The notes under the pieces: generated by a model
The model's input: only the letters and a program-made list of their open reading frames with translations
Told to the model about the DNA's origin: nothing
Database searches by the model: none
Position numbers and translations under genes: made by a program
Assembly (NCBI RefSeq): GCF_009914755.1
Contig: NC_060938.1
Reading direction: 5' to 3' (one strand)
Source: the human T2T-CHM13v2.0 reference genome, Homo sapiens
DNA: 64,000 nucleotides
In this document: positions 15,306 to 29,602 of the stretch, one piece after another
Numbering within the stretch: position 1 is the first letter of the stretch
Layout of the letters: each line of letters starts with the position of its first letter

Positions 15306-15492
15306 TAGTGGTTTTCAAAATGTGGCCCTGCACCAGCAGCATCAACATCACCTGGAAACTTGTTAGTTTCCACATTCTTGAGCCCCATTCAGATCTGCTG
15401 AATCAGAACCTCCAGAAATGGGGCCCAGCAATCTGTATTTTAATAAGCCCCTCTGGTGATTCTGATGCTCTGTAGAAGTCTGAGAACCACTA
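15306..15492 (+). mobile_element. MER5A
   Basis: tagtggttttcaaaatgtgg...ccagcagcatcaacatcacctgg...ggtgattctgatgc...tgagaaccacta. Confidence 0.9.
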
Positions 15493-15885
15493 CATTAGAT
15501 TGAGAACAAAAACAGCAACATAGCATGGTGTTCTTATTTGTAAATTATTAGGGATCTTAAATCATTTTTAACATGTTTTAGTATGGCTGAAATTTCAATA
15601 CAATATCTACCATTAAAAATCACAACTAGCGAATGCATGACCAAGACAGCATAGCTCTGTAACTTGTATCTATAGGCTTGTTGTTTAATAAAGTTCACTT
15701 TTTCATCCTTAGTCTTAATAGATAAATGCCTTGGCCAATAATTTCCTACAACACTCAAGCAAATCAAACACTCTCATAACATTTGAGCATATTTTTATTT
15801 ACTAAAGACTCTAATCAAGGTGGAAGCTCTTACAAGTAGTCTTGGTAGTAGAAATGTAAATTAAACTCAGTTAATTAATTTTTAA

Positions 15886-16218
<333 letters not shown>

Positions 16219-17348
16219 CTTGTTTGACTTTTAATGGTATTTAAGCCTGGCTATTATGTTAATACCATGCCTTATCAAGCTTATAATGCACTTTAATAAT
16301 ATAGATTATAAAAATCACAATTTAATGGGGGAGGGTGAGAACAACATAGACTTTCAGGAAAAATAGAGGTTGGCACTTTTTTTATATACAATTATAGAAA
16401 AGAAATTTTATTTGACAAATGATTAGCAGTAAAACATCAATTTTTCTCCTTTTACCCATTTTACCATCAGCTACACATGTATTAATAAGAGCGTAAACAT
16501 CTCCTAAGAACCAGTCAACCATTTTTTCCTTTCATAAATACCATGGCTTTTAGATATTATGTAAAAATGAACTTTTATTGCATGCTTTACCCCAGTGTTT
16601 ACTTCACATCATGTTTAGGTGTGAGGGTTAGTGCCCCTTGGTGGGAGGACTCAGAAATCTTGGCTGTAGAATACTACCAGTCTCCACCACACTTCTGGGT
16701 CACTGGAAATGATGCCCAGATAGTTTGGAGGAAGCACTGTATAAATATTTTCAGAATAAGTTGGATTTTCCCAAAAGTTCCTCATCTGCAATTACCAATA
16801 CTAAATGCAATCTTCCTACCACAAACCATAGTTTGTGAAGCTAAAAATAAAGGCAGACCAGAGCACTCTCTACTTTAATTTATTCTCACCCACTCTCCTT
16901 GTCCTTGCAACATCTGGAACCAGCATCAGGGCTTCCTTCCATTTTCCAGTCCCCTCAGCACCAGTAGCATCCACCTGGGGAGAGAAAGCCCAGCCACACC
17001 CTCCAGCCTGACTATAATTCTGTCTCCAGGCAACTGCAGTAGGATGTCTACACTTCTCTATTACCCCCTATTTTAAGTGTTGCTCCACACAGCTTGACAT
17101 GACACTTCTTGCCTATGAGAAAGTTCTGTTTCTCCCCAAATGAAAACTGAAATCGACAGAATAACATTTGTAGCCTTAGGGAGCCTACTGATGAGAAAAC
17201 TGGTGGTCTAGGATTTAACATGTAAATCTTGGAGGTGTGGGATTGAGAAAAAGGGAGTGAGCTGCTAAATTTATGAGAATACCATAGATCATGAATCATG
17301 TAGGTATAAAACTTAACATATCTAAATACTTTTTAAATAATCCTTCAT

Positions 17349-17516
17349 AATAGCATTTTATAATTACAGCGGGACCCTCTGGTGTGTGAATTATGGTGTA
17401 TTCATGTTTAGTTGCATTGACTGCACTCGGCTTTTAGCCATGTGCATAGCAACACACTGGGTATGAATTAATGTGCAATAATTCATGGCCTGTTGTGCTG
17501 TATTAAATATAGCATT
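17349..17516. mobile_element. MER135-like ancient palindromic element
   Basis: Imperfect ~170-bp palindrome centred on tgcactcggct-ttt-agccatgtgca (17422-17446), arms tgaattat/ataattca, outer tacagc/gctgta. Matches my recollection of MER135. Confidence 0.7.
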
Positions 17517-17899
17517 GATTCAATTTTAGAACTGCAACATAATGACTCAAATATTTTTCAGAATGCTAAGTGCCCCATACAATTTTCATTTGAGAGCCTG
17601 TTTTCACATTTGCAACCCTCAGTTACAATAGTAATATTTTTCTACTGCAGAGCAAAGAAAAATGCAATTGCCCACCAAAAATTAAAATCAAATGCCAAGA
17701 GGAATTACCTCCTGAATCACCCTATTTTTTCCCAATAAATCTGAGTCTCCAAAAAAAATCTACTCTAAATGGAGGGAGAGAAGGTTTGAGGGTTTTTATT
17801 TAGGCCATTTGAAAAACTATTTTTTAAAAACTTTCAATGTATTTGTTCTCTATTATGCTGGGAATCAGAGCAAAATAATAACAGATCATGTTTAGAGGG

Positions 17900-18110
17900 G
17901 AAAATGCCTGGCGGCAAGTCAGGAGAGTGGTGGTTTAATTTTGATTCTGCCAATTTATTCTACAATTGCCAATGGTCACATAATCACTCTGTGCCTCGGT
18001 TTCTCCATCTATAAAATAGGTTTAATAGTATCTCATTTTCTATTTAAGGAGTTGTGAGAATCAAACTACATAAATCTGTGAAGATGCTATATAAGTATAA
18101 ATTAGTACAG
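17900..18110 (+). mobile_element. MIR
   Basis: Core ctctgtgcctcggtttctccatctataaaatagg...gttgtgagaatcaaa. Confidence 0.75.
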
Positions 18111-19029
18111 GCAGTGTGCCTAGCCCCACGGTAAGTACACTTTTAGCTAAAGTGCTTTCCTATCCACTATCTCACTGAAAACTCCCAACAATATGGTGGG
18201 TGGACAGGGACTATTTTCCCATTTCAGAGCTGGCTTTGGCCACAGGACGCTCTTCCTCTCAGTGGAAGACACACATGAAGCAGTGAATGACCTACACAGA
18301 ATAAACCATGATTTGCAGTGTCACAGTTAGAATGCCCTCATAACCATTGGAGGAAGAAGCAGAGACAAAATGACACAACTCAGTAGCAAAGTGAAAATCC
18401 AAATTCCAGTTGACTGACTTTCAGCCAGACCAAAGACCACCTTTTTTTGAAAAGGTTGAGCAATTGCCTTGTAATTTCTGCTTGAGCCAGTGAGAAGCCT
18501 GGCTTATAAACCAAATCACCATTTTATAAATGATGGTATTCAGTCAGTCCAAATCTCAGACTGCAATACTTTTCCAGTGGAGATCCTTCCAAGTCTTCAT
18601 GTTCAGAATGTACTTTTTAAATGACTTTTGATTTACTTTAAACATATTAGAAGATCTAAATTTTATTAATTGAAAGGGGTTATGAGACTTTTCTTTCGTT
18701 ATTAGTTAGCTACCATGCCCTACCTCTTCCAGAATTCTGATGTTCTGCAAGAATAGGTTGTAAAAAAACCTGCGACAAAACCAGTGTCTCACATCTAGCT
18801 CATGCTTTTGACCCTGCCGTTTCGAGCATAAAATCACCTCTGGCACCAATACTGCAATTAAAAATCTTGGCCTCGGACAATTTAATTATATCTTTTGTAA
18901 TATGAGAAAAAAATAGTTTGGGATCACAACTCTGACCAGCCTTCCTGGGACAGAATATGTTATAAACTAGGGATCAGTGTATCTTGGTGTATTCACTGCA
19001 AATATACAGACGTGGGAACATACTAACAG

Positions 19030-19255
19030 AGTTCCTTTAGAGTAAGTCAGACCCAGGATTTAACTGCACCTTCATCATTACCATTAAATGGCCTTGGAAA
19101 AGGGACCTCATCTCTCTAAGTATGTTCTTCAATTGTGAACAGGACTGATAACAGTTTCTACCTCATATAGCAGGAGAAATCAATGAAATACTCCATTATA
19201 AGCCACTGAGGACAGACCCTAACATATAGTAAGCATTCAAAAATGCTAACTAATA
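19030..19255 (+). mobile_element. MIR
   Basis: agtcagacccaggattt...ctacctcata...acatatagtaagcattcaaaaatg. Confidence 0.65.
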
Positions 19256-20699
19256 TTAGGTTAGAGAAACAACTGGGGTCCAGATTTTGCATGAGATATT
19301 AATCCAATGCTATTTATTACGGACCAAGTATATCTGAAGCCTCACCTTTGCTCTCATGTTATAGGTTCATCATTACAGGATATTATCAAATATATGAATA
19401 CTCTTAGCATACTCCTATCACTACACATAACCCTCAATGCACTCAGTATGTTCCTATGTTACAGTTCACATTCTGCCTTATACTAGACAGGGACTGTATA
19501 CGCTGTGCAAGGACTAGGACAGTGCTATGCATCTATCAAGCTGGAGTCCAGTAAGGGTCAGTTGAATCATATGAAAGATGGCTGGTCTACGTGAGGTATT
19601 TGCTGTTAAGAGTTTTGTTCGGGATCCCATAGAGTAAGGCATCCACCAGCCAGGGCTTGCCCAGCATATTGAAGCAGATGCGTTTAGATAATGCAGTTAT
19701 TGCTTTCTGAATATCCCCAGAGGCTTAAGTAAGGCCATGTATGAACATAAACATGGGGAATGTTAGACGGACTAGCCCAGTTCAACCCTAAGTAAACAGT
19801 GACTGTCATTTTGGGTCAGGCTTTTTAGAATTCCAAAATATTCTTCTGCACACGGGAAGACAAAGGGTTAGATGCTCCATGATTCTGAAACACCAATGAC
19901 TTTTTCACTCTTCAATGCAAAATGAGAGCCCATTTAGACTTCTTTTGCAATTATCACCTATTTGAATTCTGGTAACACTTATTTAGTTAGCAATATAGCT
20001 CATTTTCGTGTTTAAAAAAAGTAAATAGCCGAGTGTTTTTTTTTCTGTTTATGCATTCATGAGGCAGCCATAATTTTGATCTTTAATATGACAATAGAGC
20101 CTTCTTTAGCTGCAACTAGTCTTCTGAGGCCTCATATCCTCTCTCCACAATCTGACTGAGAAGAAGATAAGAGAAGGCAGGCAGACCTCTTGGCAACAGA
20201 AATGAAGAAGCAGGCCTTGCTTCTAAGATCTCAGGTAGGTGGACCATATCCACCCCGGTCAGTCATAGTGAGAGAATGACTCAGTAAATGGCAATAGAAT
20301 AATGGGGTAGACAGTTGTAGGAGGGATGATGACAATTCCTCTTGTTTCTCCTTTATATGGAACTTCCTGTTATTCTTTCTACCTTCTTTCTTATCAACCT
20401 TATCAACCTACTGGTTTGATAACTACATCAAAATACAACTGCACAGGTATTTTTTGTGGACCATGCTTAATAGGTTTTCAGGAAAAAGAGCAAGATGGAC
20501 CAAGCTTTCAGTATTATACCTGTCTCAGAGAAACCCTTACACATGTAACACAAAAGTTCAACTGTCACCACTCTGCCTCCTTGGAGAAGTCTGTAGGTCT
20601 TCAAAGCCCTGGAGAACATATTAGGCAGAGCAGCTGGTAGAATTGCTAAAACACCTTGACAGGTGTGGATAGACTTTGCTGCTTCTCCCATAACATGCT

Positions 20700-20870
20700 C
20701 ATACACAAACACAAACACACAAATGTATACACACACATATATATACATGTACATGCAAACATGCACATATTTTCACATATACACACAAACATACACACAC
20801 ATATGCAAAACACCTACACATACACATATATACACATTTACACACCAACATGCATGCACACACACACGGC
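20700..20870. repeat. CA/TA-rich low-complexity repeat
   Basis: Degenerate (CA)n/(CATA)n read directly. Confidence 0.85.
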
Positions 20871-21064
20871 ACTCACCCAGTCACAGATATTTATTCATTG
20901 AAAAAATTTTCTGGTCTTCTCTGCTGTCAGATCTCACAGGTTTTTGTTCTACCTCCATCGCAGCTGTCACCATTCTCCTGACCTTCAACTGGAACTCCTA
21001 GTCAACACCGTTTCATGCTGCTTCTTTTGGAGGTTGTCCCGTGGAGTTACCAGAGGCAATGGGA

Positions 21065-21295
21065 CATGATTATGCATGTGGGCTCTCGAGCCAGGCAGCT
21101 AGATCTGAATCCTGCTTCAATCACTTACAACCTATTTATTTTAGAACAAATTTTTAATCTTTCAATATGACACTTTCCTCACTTAGGATAGCAGTAATAG
21201 TACCTATGTTTTATGTTATTATAAATATTAAATACATACATGCTATGTATCTAAAAAGTGCTTGGCACATAGTAAGTCCTCAATAAATGTTAGCT
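21065..21295 (+). mobile_element. MIR
   Basis: gcatgtgggctctcgagccaggcag...gtgcttggcacatagtaagtcctcaataaatgttagc. Confidence 0.75.
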
Positions 21296-21849
21296 CCTGA
21301 CAATGTTCTATCCTCCATCATCCCCATATTCTACAAGATATGACTCTGTTCTTGATTTTTTACTAATCTTGCTTTAAAACTCTGAATATCAGATTTCTTT
21401 CCCTTGTATGATTTATTTCTAAGAAGACCCTCCCTTTTTTCCAGTGTTCAAGGTCCTTAAGTTGCATAGGCTTCTTATGATGGAACAGGAGATGGGGAAA
21501 CATACAAAACTGCCCTGAACACTAGATTTTCTGAGATAAATCAAAATTATAATTTTGAGAATTCAATAGTGTCTGGTACATAATATGCTCCATAGCTACT
21601 GAAACAAACAAATTTTCTTGCTTTTCTCATTGAATATGAGGTGACTAATCCCAGAAGGGGGAAAATATTCTCTTCCTTCTATCTCTAGCCTGTTTCTCCA
21701 CTCTGACTCTCAAAGAATACTCTAAGCAGTCAAACATGACTGCCTTCTCTCTCCAATCAGGCACAGAAACCTAATATCATGCCTTAAAACCCTTATGCGC
21801 TTCATAGACCATAGAGATTCATTCATTCATTCAGCTGCAGACAGAGACA

Positions 21850-23620
21850 GTCTCCCCCTACATCTTAGCATACTTTCTTCCCCAAGCTCCTAACCACCAA
21901 ACTCTCCAACTATTTTTCCTACCTCCAGACACTCTTTTTCAATCTCTTTTTTTTGGATCCTTGTCTGCTATTCAACCCTAAGGAATGGTGTGCCCAAGAG
22001 CTCAGTCCTTGGCACTCTTCTCTTCATATCCCTGCATGCTTCCAAAATGATCACCTCTTATAGCAGGTCTCCCAAGTCAGTCTACAACTCCAGGATAGGC
22101 CTCTCCCTTGAGTTCTGGACATGTATATTCACTCACCCTCTCAGTCTCTTCATTTAGATATCCAACACACATTTCAAGTCAACACATCCAAAACAGAAAT
22201 CTTGATTTCCTACTCCAACCTGCTCCTCTCCCAAGGTTCTCACCTGTGTAAATGGCAACACTGTTCTCTGAGTTGCTTGGACCCAAAACTTCCGCCTCAT
22301 TGCCTATTTCTGTCTCACACATACTCCACATCCACATCAATCAGAAAGTTCTGTTAGCTCCATCTTTAATATATGTCCCAAATCCTAACTCTCATCCCTG
22401 CCTTTTCTTCTACCAACCAAGTCCAAGCCATCATCATAATGATAGGGACAAGAGGCAAAGAAATTCTAGGCAGAAAAGGGTGCATCCCCTGGTGAAGCCC
22501 CACCCTCAAGCCAAAACGCCTGAGACCACAGTCTAAATTGAGCACTTACATCCCTGTTTTCCTGCTTGAATGTTGCCTTTTCCAAAACAATCCATGGCCC
22601 ACTCTGCCCCCATCCTGTGCCTATAAAGACCCTAGGCTCAGCTGGCAGAGAGGAGAAGCAGCTGGATGTTGGACACTATGGCTGCACATCAGAGAGAAGT
22701 GGCTTGACTTCAGAGGGACAGCTTGATGGCATAACTTCAGAAAAGAATTTGACCAGAGGTAGCCAGACTTCAGGGGAAGATTACCTTCCCACCCTGTCCC
22801 CTTTTCAGCTCCCCTTCCCACTGAGAGCCATTTCCATCAGCCCAAATTTACTATCCTTCAATTCATTCTTGTGACCTCATTTTTCCTGGATGCAGGACAA
22901 GAATTCAGGAGCCAGAAGTGTGGATGCAAAAGGTGGTCACACTGACCCTCTGCCCTTGCTGGTGGATGGCAGCCACCTGACATGAAAAGGAAGAGGATCC
23001 ACTGAGCTGTTAACACTTAAGCCATCCATGGATGGCAGAGCTAACAGAGAACTGTAACACTCCCTCTAGGGCTTCAGAGGTCCTGAGCACCATGCCCCCA
23101 GATGCTGCTGTGGGGCCCACACAAAGTTTGCTCCTGCCAGTGCCCAAAAGTGCTCACCCTGGCTCCTGCACCTGCTTACATGTATGTTCCCTCCCATGAG
23201 GGGTGGAATGCAATGGGTCTGGGTGAGTGGAGTTCTCCCCTGCCAGAACCAAAGCAGCCAGCTGGTTCCAGCATTCATGCACTCCAGTTCCCACCTTGTT
23301 CACTCTCAAACTCCCTTCCGCAAGAAGTTGAAAGCTGTGGACTGGGTAAACGAGGCACCCCTGCTGTGAGTCCCGCAAAGGGTTCAGGGAAATATCCTGC
23401 TTTAATGTCACACTAAACTGTAGCAATGCCTTCCTAACTGGCCTCTGCTTCCACTTATCCCTCCTTTCCCACCCTGATAGTCAATGCAATGCAGCCAGCA
23501 AAGTGATACTTTTAAAACAAAATTAGATCAGGTCACATCCCTATTAAAACACCTCACCTTTATCTCATACTCCTGCCCACTCTCCAACCACACTGGTCCT
23601 CTTGCTAAGCTCACACCCAC
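21850..23620 (+). mobile_element. L2 fragment split by an LTR28-like insertion
   Basis: L2 text gtccaagccatcatc ends at about 22439 and resumes at about 23405 (gcaatgccttcctaactggcctctgcttcc). Confidence 0.7.
22440..23404 (+). mobile_element. ERV1 solo LTR, LTR28/LTR1 group
   Basis: Starts tgatagggacaagaggcaaagaaattctaggcagaaaaggg...gccccaccctcaagcc and ends cagggaaatatcctgcttta, about 965 bp. Confidence 0.8.
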
Positions 23621-23629
23621 CTGAGGTCA

Positions 23630-24812
23630 TTTTTATCTGCATTCAAACCTTTTCAGGTATATATCCTTTCTCCTCAGCGATTTTCTTAATGGTGTCTGGG
23701 AACTTGTCTACTGCCTCTTGTTGGCAAAAGCTGAATCTCCTGTTACTTGACCTTTTTAAAAGCCACATCCTTTCTAAAATTATCAAACCATCCTTTGCTG
23801 AAATTAAATTATCCAGCTTTAGATGTGGTAAATTCTTCACCTTCCTTTGCTTTAAGTTGTCATATAATGACTTAACTCTTTCTTGAATCACATTAGAGTC
23901 TATAGATATGCCTTTCTTATGGTAAATCTGCACCCACATACAAGCTGCATTTCCAATATGAGATAAAAAGGTATTTTGCAAAAAGTGCGAGGGTTTTGTA
24001 CCTACTGATGTAGCTGCAGTGGCAGTTTCATGAGTTTCCTTTTATCTTTTTACAGTGGTCCTTACATTTGATTCACTTATCTTAAATGGTGGGCAACCAC
24101 AGCTGCAGACCTCAGTCCATGGTACATAACAAGCAATTCAGCTTTCTCTTGTAATGGCATGACTTTTCTCTGCTTCTCGGGAGCACTTCCAGTATCACCA
24201 GTGGCACTTTACATGGAACCCATGGTGTTATTCAAGGTTTATGATATTGCACTATACAAGATTTGAAGAATGTGTAAAACCTTGAGAGATCACTTTTTAC
24301 TGTGATACACGATTAACTACAGAGATGAACGCTCATGCATGATTAATGTCACATGGTGTTTTAGGCAGATACTGGCAACACTTGAGCTCACCACAATGGG
24401 AACTGAAGGTGGCTACAAAATTATTACAACACAATAGTATCTGCTACAGTTAATAAATGCAGGTATGATTTAATACTACATCTTTACCTCTGTTTACATT
24501 TCTCTCAACTGGGAATGGCACTAACTATGGTCTGTGTTATGTAAGTTTTGCTAAATTTAAACTTTTTATAATGGATTTGCGTACATTTAATGATAGTAAA
24601 TGATAAAATAGATGAGTAGCCACATATATTTTGTGCATTCATGGTATACCTTTTCTTCAATTTTTCAATATTTTCAGGCTATACAAGTTCTTCTGTAAGT
24701 TTTTTCAAATTGTTGCAAATCTCCAATTTTCCAATATATTTACTGAAAAAAAAATCCATGAAAAAATAAGTGGGCCTGTGCAGCTCAAACCTGTGTTGTT
24801 AAAGGGTCATTG
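23630..24812 (-). mobile_element. Tigger2 (pogo-like) 5' portion with decayed transposase
   Basis: Terminus gtgttgttaaagggtcattg followed by TA at 24813-24814. ORF 23643-23981(-) encodes CENP-B-HTH/transposase-like NAACMWVQ..KKGISIDSNVIQERVKSLYDNLK...KKIAEEKGYIPEKV. Confidence 0.85.
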
Positions 24813-24821
24813 TACACGCAG

Positions 24822-24852
<31 letters not shown>

Positions 24853-24913
24853 GAATGAGAGAGTGAGTTTGGGAAGTCAATGAAGGCCCCCACCAAGGAA
24901 ACAACATTTGATC

Positions 24914-25353
24914 TGTTAAAAGAAAACTTCAGACAAATTAAATTTAACAGAGTTTAATTGAGCAAGGAAAGAAAATGATTTGTGAATTGGGCAGCCCCCA
25001 GAATCACAGCATATTCAGAGGGACTCCAGGGATGCCTCATGGTCAGAACAAATTTACAGACAAAAAAAAAAGGAAAGTGACGTACAGAAGTCGGAGGTGA
25101 GGTACTGAAACAGCTAGATTGGTTATAGCTCAGCGTTTGCCTTATTTGAACACAGTTTGAACACTCAGCCGTATATGAGTGGTTGAAGCATGGCTGCTGG
25201 GATTGGCCGAGAATTAGCTGTTGTTACAGGCACATACTCCTAAATTAGGTTTTCAATTTTGTCTACCTATTAAGTTAGGTTACAGTTCATCCACAGGGAC
25301 TCAAATACAGAAGTATGGAGTCCTTTCCAGGCTATATTTAGTTCACTTTAGCA
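24914..25353 (-). mobile_element. MER57A-type ERV1 solo LTR
   Basis: tgttaaaagaaaacttcagacaaattaaattt...gaagtatggagtcctt...tatttagttcactttagca, 440 bp. Confidence 0.85.
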
Positions 25354-25443
25354 AGTACAAGGGTAGACAGCAGACAGGACCAGTTCAAAGGGGGTATGGA
25401 GATTATTCTAGGCAAAGGAAACAGCCTTTTTAGTGCCATACGG

Positions 25444-25444
<1 letters not shown>

Positions 25445-25471
<27 letters not shown>
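25445..25471. repeat. Poly(A)27
   Basis: Read directly from the sequence. Confidence 0.95.
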
Positions 25472-25475
<4 letters not shown>

Positions 25476-26020
25476 GGCACTGAAAGCGGATCAGCACTGG
25501 CAGGTTGATTGTCCTTGCATGAGAGGTGCAACCTAGATGTTTTATCCGGCAGGCCTCTTCCTGTGAAAGTCAAGCACGCTGCCACAAAACCCCTCTCAAC
25601 AGAGGTCGCAGTCAGTCTGATCCAAAGAAAAACATTATACATATTCATTCTTCCTGTTGGCAAAGTTCATGCCCTCCCTCTCTACACAGAGATAGAATCA
25701 GTGAAGTCTGACATAACTCCAGGCTGCAGACTCCCAGGAAAAGAGCAAAGTCTTTATGAGGAGAGACCTCATTCAGCCTCGGAGTGGTCCAGTCAGCAGT
25801 CACTCTGCTCTGAACCTGTCAGACTGCACTGCTGCTCAAGGCTGTTGTTTTGACATTAGCTTGACACATTCACATGTCGCCCTCCTTGTGTGAACTCCTA
25901 CTCAGTGTTTTGTAATAACAGCAAAGACATCAATATTTAAAAACAATCAAATGTATGTTTGGTTTAAATAGGCAGTTAAGCCACCATCCCTTCTGAAATG
26001 TCTTCTATGTGTATTTGCCC

Positions 26021-26023
<3 letters not shown>

Positions 26024-26080
<57 letters not shown>
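26024..26080. repeat. (TA)28 microsatellite
   Basis: Uninterrupted alternating TA. Confidence 0.97.
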
Positions 26081-26082
<2 letters not shown>

Positions 26083-29000
26083 CGTGAACCACTCATATTG
26101 GAAGTCTCTCATATGCTTCAGTTCAGTACAAAGGATGAGTATCTAATGAATCCAGGGTTCTACTTTCCTCTTTAAAATACCATGATGCAAGTTACTTTTC
26201 CACTTCCTATCCTGCTTCCATCCTCACTTTAAAGATGACATAAGATTCTATAGGTATATACGAGTAGATGAATGTCCTCGAAGCTGGTCATAAGGTACAA
26301 ATATCTTAACAGACAACTCCCCCATGGAGGAAAACTGCTGAACTCATTCGTTTTATTTTCACTCTTCTACTTGGCAAGTGTAGATGAGGACCGACACTAG
26401 GTGCCTATGAAAGTGGCTGACATGCCACCTCTATCCTACCCCATATTTCCTTGGGCCCCTACATTTCAATACAATTTTCTTTTTGCTAAGAGATTGATGA
26501 ATGAGGGCTTGTCTGGAAGTTGTTACACAGACGACTCAGGTCCTCGAGCTCGCTCATGTTGGGTAGAATTAACCTAATATTAACCTAATATTCTCTCTGT
26601 GGGGTCAAGACTCAAAACTTAAGTGAACAGGATAGTTTAAAGGGGAGTTAGCTGAACAATCAGTCTGGCTAGTTGCTTAAAAATAGTTTTTGGATCTTTG
26701 GATAGAATCCTAAAATGTTGGTGAAAGTCTGGAAGCCCCTCTAGAAGAGTCTCCAAAGGTATGACATAGCTCTCCATACTTCCTCAAACCTGGTAGAAAC
26801 CAGAAAGTTTTTTTCATCCTGCACTCCTAAATTTTGATGTTCCTTAAAAATTGAGTAAAGACAGTAACAAGTATCTGTGAGTTATTTTACTATTTTGAAA
26901 GCCAAATTGAAACTATACATCTAACTAAAATAAATATAAATACACACACCAGGTTTTCTTTCTTTTTGCTTTAACTTGGCATTACATCAAATCAATAACA
27001 CTGGTTATCATACATCAATCAAAAACTCTGTTTGGCAGTTATCTCCAGCTTATCTTAATAAACAAGCAAAACGAAGCAATTATTACTTTGTAAGTGCTAT
27101 TTGGTAAACAAAGTTGTTGAAGTGTGAGTCCCCAAGGGGAAGAAACTAGGTTTTAAGGAGCCCTTGTGATGGCAAAGTAAAGAGACCCCTCACCCTGACT
27201 GTACTTATGTCTCTGGATGTCTGCACAGCCTCCTGGATTCACTTCATTGGAAATGACAGAGTTAGGCCAAGCAACTCTAGGTGAGACACATGCCAGGTTA
27301 AACAAGTCCTTTCTAGTCCTCACATCCCAACCTCCTTCTTCACCTGTTCCCCATGGAAACAAGACTAAAGCAGAAGTGACCTGGATATCAGCTGATTTCA
27401 GAGAATGGCCATGGTATTCTCTTCAGAGTCAAACTACGGGAATCTTTTGCAATCTCTCTCTGAAAAATACCTTCAGACAAGACAAAATATATTAAGTCAC
27501 AGGCATGAAAAGTAGAAAGGCGTGACTATCCTTTGAGAGAACATTGCTTATAATTGGCAAATGATCGGTAATCATTCTCCGACTAGGGATTTTCATTTCA
27601 ATTTTTCAAAGGTCTTAATTCAGACTCATTGTTAGAAATGTCAAACGCCAAAGCAGAATGCATGCAGTGGCTGACTTGCATGAAAATACTTGGACTTCTG
27701 ATTTTTCCTTTCAGTATTTGGTCTCTTTTAGCTACTGTTATCCGAAAATTTAAGACTTGGCTTGTCTTAAATGTTGCCAATAGTGAGAGTGAGCAGGGCT
27801 ATCTTAGTGTACATCTGTAGAAGTCATCAAACTTTGTTGTGATAGTCTCAACATCTGGCCACTCCATCCCAATATTTTCCATCTCAGGTGACCCATATTC
27901 TCCAGGTCCTCTCCTATACAACCGTGTCCCTAGAAAAAAATCTTTAAAACTCATTCATGTGAAGGTATAGATGATTGGCTTTTCATCCTAGGGTTACTCT
28001 TTTCTGGACTGGAGCTAGGATCCAGGATGCATCTGGTGAGTAGAACTGGATAACCCTCTCCACTTCACCAATGTTTATTTGCATGAGTAATATTCATGGA
28101 AGGTTTGTGGAGGGCCCCTGGGGAGGAGTCAGGTGAGCTCAATACAGGGAGTGCATGGTTGTATCCTCATCTGCCTTTCTGCCACATACACACAAAACCT
28201 GACCAGATGGACTTATTTTGAGTCCCTATAAGACAGAGGTTAACTTAAGAAACAAAGGGGTATGTATTTACGAAAGACTGTGATAGAGAACTATTACCCC
28301 AACTCTGTCATAGACTGCAGGCTGTAGAGTCAGGACAGCCTCCAGGGAAGGAAAATTGTGCCACCAGGGCAACATGCTTATAGGGGCCCCCAGGACAGAG
28401 ACAGTGTCAAGGTCCATTGATGAGGAGACAAAAACATCACAGGTGGCTCTTTCCAAGACACACATGAGACACTACCTGGCCTGAGGGTACCAGAAGAAAG
28501 TAGAGAAGAGTCTAGAAAAGAGGGGGTTGTGGGGATTGAGATCTATGGAACCCACATCCAGTGAGAGTTCCCTCACAATTGTATAAGTCAGGAGAAGTAT
28601 TTAGAAGACAGTTTGGTCCACCTTGCAGCCTAAATTCACCCGTGTGGCTGACACCTTTTTAGGAAACCTCCTTCACTAATTGTGCCTTCCAATAAAGTGT
28701 ATTATTAGTAGCATCATTATTGTCATTACTGGTTAGTGCATAGAGTTTCATCCTATTTTTTAATATTTTTTTTATCTTTTTTACCTATGAGATGGTATGA
28801 TAATAAGTACCTTTGAAATTGGCATATCACTTTCCTTCTGCAGCAGTTTAGTTGCCTTGTACCAAAGCTTGAATTTAAATAAAATGACTATGACTATACA
28901 TTGGCCCTGCCCATTAATGCCAGATGAATGCATTGCTGTATCAGTAAATACCAAATTCATTACGGAGTGTTACTCGGGCTCTTACAAATGAGGAGTCAGA

Positions 29001-29602
29001 TCACTCCTCAATCTCTGTGCCTGCCTTTGCGTGTCTTCTACCAAGGAAAGTGATGCTCTGAAATCGTGTTAAGAATTTTGATCACAGATATTCGGTACAC
29101 ATTGCATAGGTGGGAAAAAAAGCGGGGGTGGGCTCCTGCTTCCCCGACTCACGTTCAACCCCTGCAGTTTTCCTCACCTTGGATGCTGTATTCAAGACTT
29201 TGATTCATTTTTCCATATTATTACCATCTCTTTCACAGCTGGGGTGAAGGAAAGGAGTGAGAGTGCTACATAGCTATAGGGAAAGTCCTACTTTAAGGGT
29301 CAGAAGCCTTTTGCAAGTGATGTGCTTGAGGCTTAGGGTTCTTTTTCTCCACTGTGTCTGAGAAGGGCTATGCTGATGCTCCTGACCCCTTCGGACCATC
29401 ATGCCAAGGAAAATCTGGCCATGTGTTAGCTTGGCTCCACTAAAATTGAGCTGTTCACCCTGCTCTTATAGCTATCGTTATTTTTAAATTGTTGCACACT
29501 AACAGGGATTATATCATTTAATCCGTTCTGCAGCACTAAGAAATACAGGCACTATTACTAGCTCCTACTTTCCACAGGAGAAAATCGGAGCTTGGGGAGT
29601 TT

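Noticed and set aside
20656-21001. His/Thr-rich ORFs
   Set aside because: Translation of a CA/TA low-complexity repeat.
25509-25853. 114-aa ORF in unique sequence after poly(A)27
   Set aside because: No recognisable homology and no convincing splice sites.
28160-28720. Possible very old LTR (AATAAA near 28691)
   Set aside because: I could not match it to a family or define termini with confidence.
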